The position numbers were made by a program, and so were the translations under genes. From positions 2,712,109 through 2,739,286 of the forward strand of contig CP070761.1 of NCBI GenBank assembly GCA_020348985.1: 27,178 nucleotides of DNA, given 5' to 3'. How positions within the stretch are numbered: position 1 is the first letter of the stretch; every line of letters begins with the position of its first letter. Positions 25,139-27,178 of this stretch are shown piece after piece. The notes below the pieces were generated by a model. It saw nothing but the letters and a program-made list of their open reading frames with translations, searched no databases and had not been told where the DNA came from. The DNA comes from Candidatus Thorarchaeota archaeon. Lineage in GTDB: Archaea > Asgardarchaeota > Thorarchaeia > Thorarchaeales > Thorarchaeaceae.

Positions 25139-26149
25139 TTACCACCATCGTAGGACCGCAGCAGCCATGTTGAATCCTCCTCCTGACGAACAGAGTGCAA
25201 CATACTCTCCGTTTCCCTGTCCTGGAGGTGGGAGCTTTCCTTGATCGATGGCATCGTACATCGCCAAGGCAATACATGCTGAACCAGTATATCCCCATTT
25301 GTCCATGACATTGTGAGTCCTCTCAAGGGGCATGCCTAGTTCATGCATAACGGCCTCAATAGTTCGTAGGTTAACCTGAGTGAAGAAGATCCAGTCAATA
25401 TCCTCGATTGAAAGGCCCGCTTTTGCTACGCAGTCTCTTGTCAGAATTGGCCAATGGTGAAGATTCGTGTCTGCAGGAAAGCGTTTGCGAAATGCTAGAT
25501 GATGTCTATGATTTTGGATTGCTTCAACTGTGGGTGGTTCTGCTGTTCCTCCCACGAAGACTCCCAGGTGGTCATGGAAAGAGCCATCGGCAATCAGTTT
25601 TGAGGCAATGAATCCTTCTTTTGTCTCATTGGCTCGCAGTATCATTGCTCCGGCAGCGTCAGCAAACAATGTACAAGTGTAATGATCAGTCCAATCGACA
25701 AACTTAGTCATTCCGTATGCACCGATTGCCAAGACTGAATCAATACTCGAGTCCGTTCTAATGTACCGAGAAGCTATGTCCAGAGATGTGACAAGACCAG
25801 CACACGCACAATTGACGTCGAAAGTCCCTGCATTCTTCGCACCGAGTTTGTGCTGAACCACCACGGATGTTGCTGGAGAAAGATAGTCCGGCGTGTCAGT
25901 GCTCAGAATGATTAAGTCAAGTTGATCGGCTTCCAATTCCGCATTCTCCAGTGCTTGAAGACCTGCATGCACTGCAAGGTCAGATGTCACCTCATCTTCA
26001 GCCATCACATGACGTTGTCTAATGCCAACGTTCTCTACCAGCCAATCTGCTGTTCCGGGACGATTTAGCATTTGCTCGATTTCTTCATTCGTCATCATCT
26101 TGTTAGGAACGTACATTCCCAACCCTGTGACCACTGCTGAAAGAACCAT
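25139..26149 (-). CDS. KAS III (FabH)-fold enzyme with a non-canonical active site
   Basis: VTGLGMYVP, GIRQR, STDTPDYLSPATS, FDVNCACAG (catalytic Cys), LFADAAGA, WIFFTQVNLR, WGYTGSAC, SSGGGF; ATG 26149 after GGAGGT (TTG 26152 is an alternative). Confidence 0.9.
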   Translation of the reverse strand: MVLSAVVTGLGMYVPNKMMTNEEIEQMLNRPGTADWLVENVGIRQRHVMAEDEVTSDLAVHAGLQALENAELEADQLDLIILSTDTPDYLSPATSVVVQHKLGAKNAGTFDVNCACAGLVTSLDIASRYIRTDSSIDSVLAIGAYGMTKFVDWTDHYTCTLFADAAGAMILRANETKEGFIASKLIADGSFHDHLGVFVGGTAEPPTVEAIQNHRHHLAFRKRFPADTNLHHWPILTRDCVAKAGLSIEDIDWIFFTQVNLRTIEAVMHELGMPLERTHNVMDKWGYTGSACIALAMYDAIDQGKLPPPGQGNGEYVALCSSGGGFNMAAAVLRWW

Positions 26150-26228
26150 CAATGATAACCTCCAAGTCTGATCATTAGAACAGATACTCTTCTCCTTCCC
26201 ATATCACCTTCACGGGCCTTGAATCGAT

Positions 26229-27047
26229 CTATCCTTTCTCCACGGAGTCTATAAATTCCATTACAGCATTGTTGACCTCTTCATACTTCTCAATAGTGAT
26301 GAAGTGTGATGCATTCTCTAGAATAATCAGTTTCGACTTGGGGATTGTCCTCGCCAACAACTCTCCATTCCTAGTAGGTACGGCAGAGTCACTATCCCCA
26401 TGGAGGATAAGTGTGGGAACCGTTACATTCCTCAATTCCGATTCAGAATTGAATTCACCTACTGCTGAAGATTGATGTACTTGTGCGTATAGTGGGGCAG
26501 GGTGCTGATTTGCCCACGTCTCCATTGACTCTATCAAAGACTTGCTTTCTTGGAGGAACTGTGAACTGAAGATTGCCCTAAAGCGCATCTCCGTGGCCTG
26601 CGCTCTAGAGATTGTCTCAGTGGGAATCGCGATTAACAAGGCCTTGGTCTTGTCATCTATAGGAACATGATTGGGTCCCCCAAAGTGGGTTGATACAAGA
26701 ATAAGACTTCGAACCCTTTTTGGATAGGAAATGGCGATTTGCTGTGCAATCAATCCTCCCATTGAGATTCCCAGGATGTGCGCTCTATCAATATCCAATG
26801 CATCCATCAGACCTACGACATCTTCAGCGAACATTTCAATTGAGTACGGATAGTCGGGCTTGGAGCTCCTTCCAGCTCCGCGATTATCAAAGACAACACA
26901 CCTGTATCGATTCCTGAATGCGGGAATCTGTCTGAACCATGTCCAACTGTAACTAGCCCACCCTCCAATCAGCACAAGTGGTGGTGCTTCAGGCGGTCCA
27001 TGAGTCTCATAGTAGATGTCGATTTCTCCTACGGGTTCATATGGCAA
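26229..27047 (-). CDS. Alpha/beta hydrolase (second paralogue)
   Basis: FDNRGAG, GISMGG, HGDSD, ASHF..EK. Start reassigned to TTG 27047 behind SD AGGTGA, giving MPYEPVGEIDIYYETHG, which parallels the other hydrolase (MPFEKVNGIDIYYEIHG). Confidence 0.9.
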   Translation of the reverse strand: MPYEPVGEIDIYYETHGPPEAPPLVLIGGWASYSWTWFRQIPAFRNRYRCVVFDNRGAGRSSKPDYPYSIEMFAEDVVGLMDALDIDRAHILGISMGGLIAQQIAISYPKRVRSLILVSTHFGGPNHVPIDDKTKALLIAIPTETISRAQATEMRFRAIFSSQFLQESKSLIESMETWANQHPAPLYAQVHQSSAVGEFNSESELRNVTVPTLILHGDSDSAVPTRNGELLARTIPKSKLIILENASHFITIEKYEEVNNAVMEFIDSVEKG

Positions 27048-27114
27048 TACTATCACCTACTTCCGGATTCGTTTTCCGTCTTGACGAAATCTTGATCATT
27101 CCTCCGAAATAATT

Positions 27115-27177
27115 CTATAGACTGAAAATGAGCATTAACAGGAATAGGCCGATTACGCCCAGTAATCCGAATACCCA
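27115..27177 (-). CDS. Possible 3' end of a membrane protein entering from beyond the window
   Basis: Minus-strand frame reads WVFGLLGVIGLFLLMLIFSL-TAG, a TM-like helix; only 20 codons are visible. Confidence 0.3.
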   Translation of the reverse strand, partial: WVFGLLGVIGLFLLMLIFSL

Positions 27178-27178
27178 A

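Noticed and set aside
13778-26149. Calling the KAS III genes fabH and the locus a type II fatty-acid synthase
   Set aside because: Both lack the His/Asn pair, and no ACP, FabD, FabG, FabZ or FabI is present in the window.
61-26917. Numerous 60-170 aa alternative ORFs in the track (e.g. 14633-15130, 16073-16582, 12113-12601, 23961-24407, 18108-18539)
   Set aside because: They lie antisense or out of frame within well-supported genes and show no recognisable motifs; treated as shadow ORFs.
1-27178. TAG recoding (pyrrolysine or alternative code)
   Set aside because: 10 of the 23 called genes end in TAG at family-appropriate lengths, several abutting the next gene; no pyl genes are in the window.
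1-27178. CRISPR arrays, transposases, integrases, rRNA/tRNA
   Set aside because: No regularly spaced direct repeats or mobile-element ORFs were seen, and intergenic gaps (all under about 170 bp) show no RNA-gene structure.

Overview
Gene-dense prokaryotic window with 23 supportable CDSs and possibly a partial gene at the right edge. I found no RNA genes, CRISPR arrays or mobile elements. Methanofuran genes, TATA-like boxes about 30 nt upstream of starts, GGAGG/GGTGA ribosome-binding sites, oligo-T terminators and a C-terminally anchored solute-binding protein indicate an archaeon. The kinase style and gene mix would fit Asgard (Thorarchaeia-like), but that is inference. Left part (504-4925): a methanofuran biosynthesis cluster (mfnD, mfnF, mfnE, mfnB) with a divergent HisA/HisF-related TIM barrel, followed by an EamA transporter, an anchorless HtrA and a 5-PAS histidine kinase. 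Right part (9.8-27 kb): an acyl-CoA/lipid-handling neighbourhood with no acyl carrier protein. It holds two acyl-CoA ligases, two KAS III-fold enzymes that both lack the canonical His/Asn catalytic pair (Cys-Arg-His and Cys-Thr-Tyr), a MaoC hydratase, two alpha/beta hydrolases, a stand-alone HHxxxDG acyltransferase and a CTP-dependent prenol/dolichol-kinase-like protein. It also holds a tandem SRPBCC protein, an MFS permease, an orphan LivJ-type binding protein, a tandem winged-HTH regulator with a visible operator around a bidirectional TATA box, and a multi-TM histidine pseudokinase. This right-hand locus is the best candidate for an undescribed system. All family assignments come from motif recognition by eye; no searches were run.
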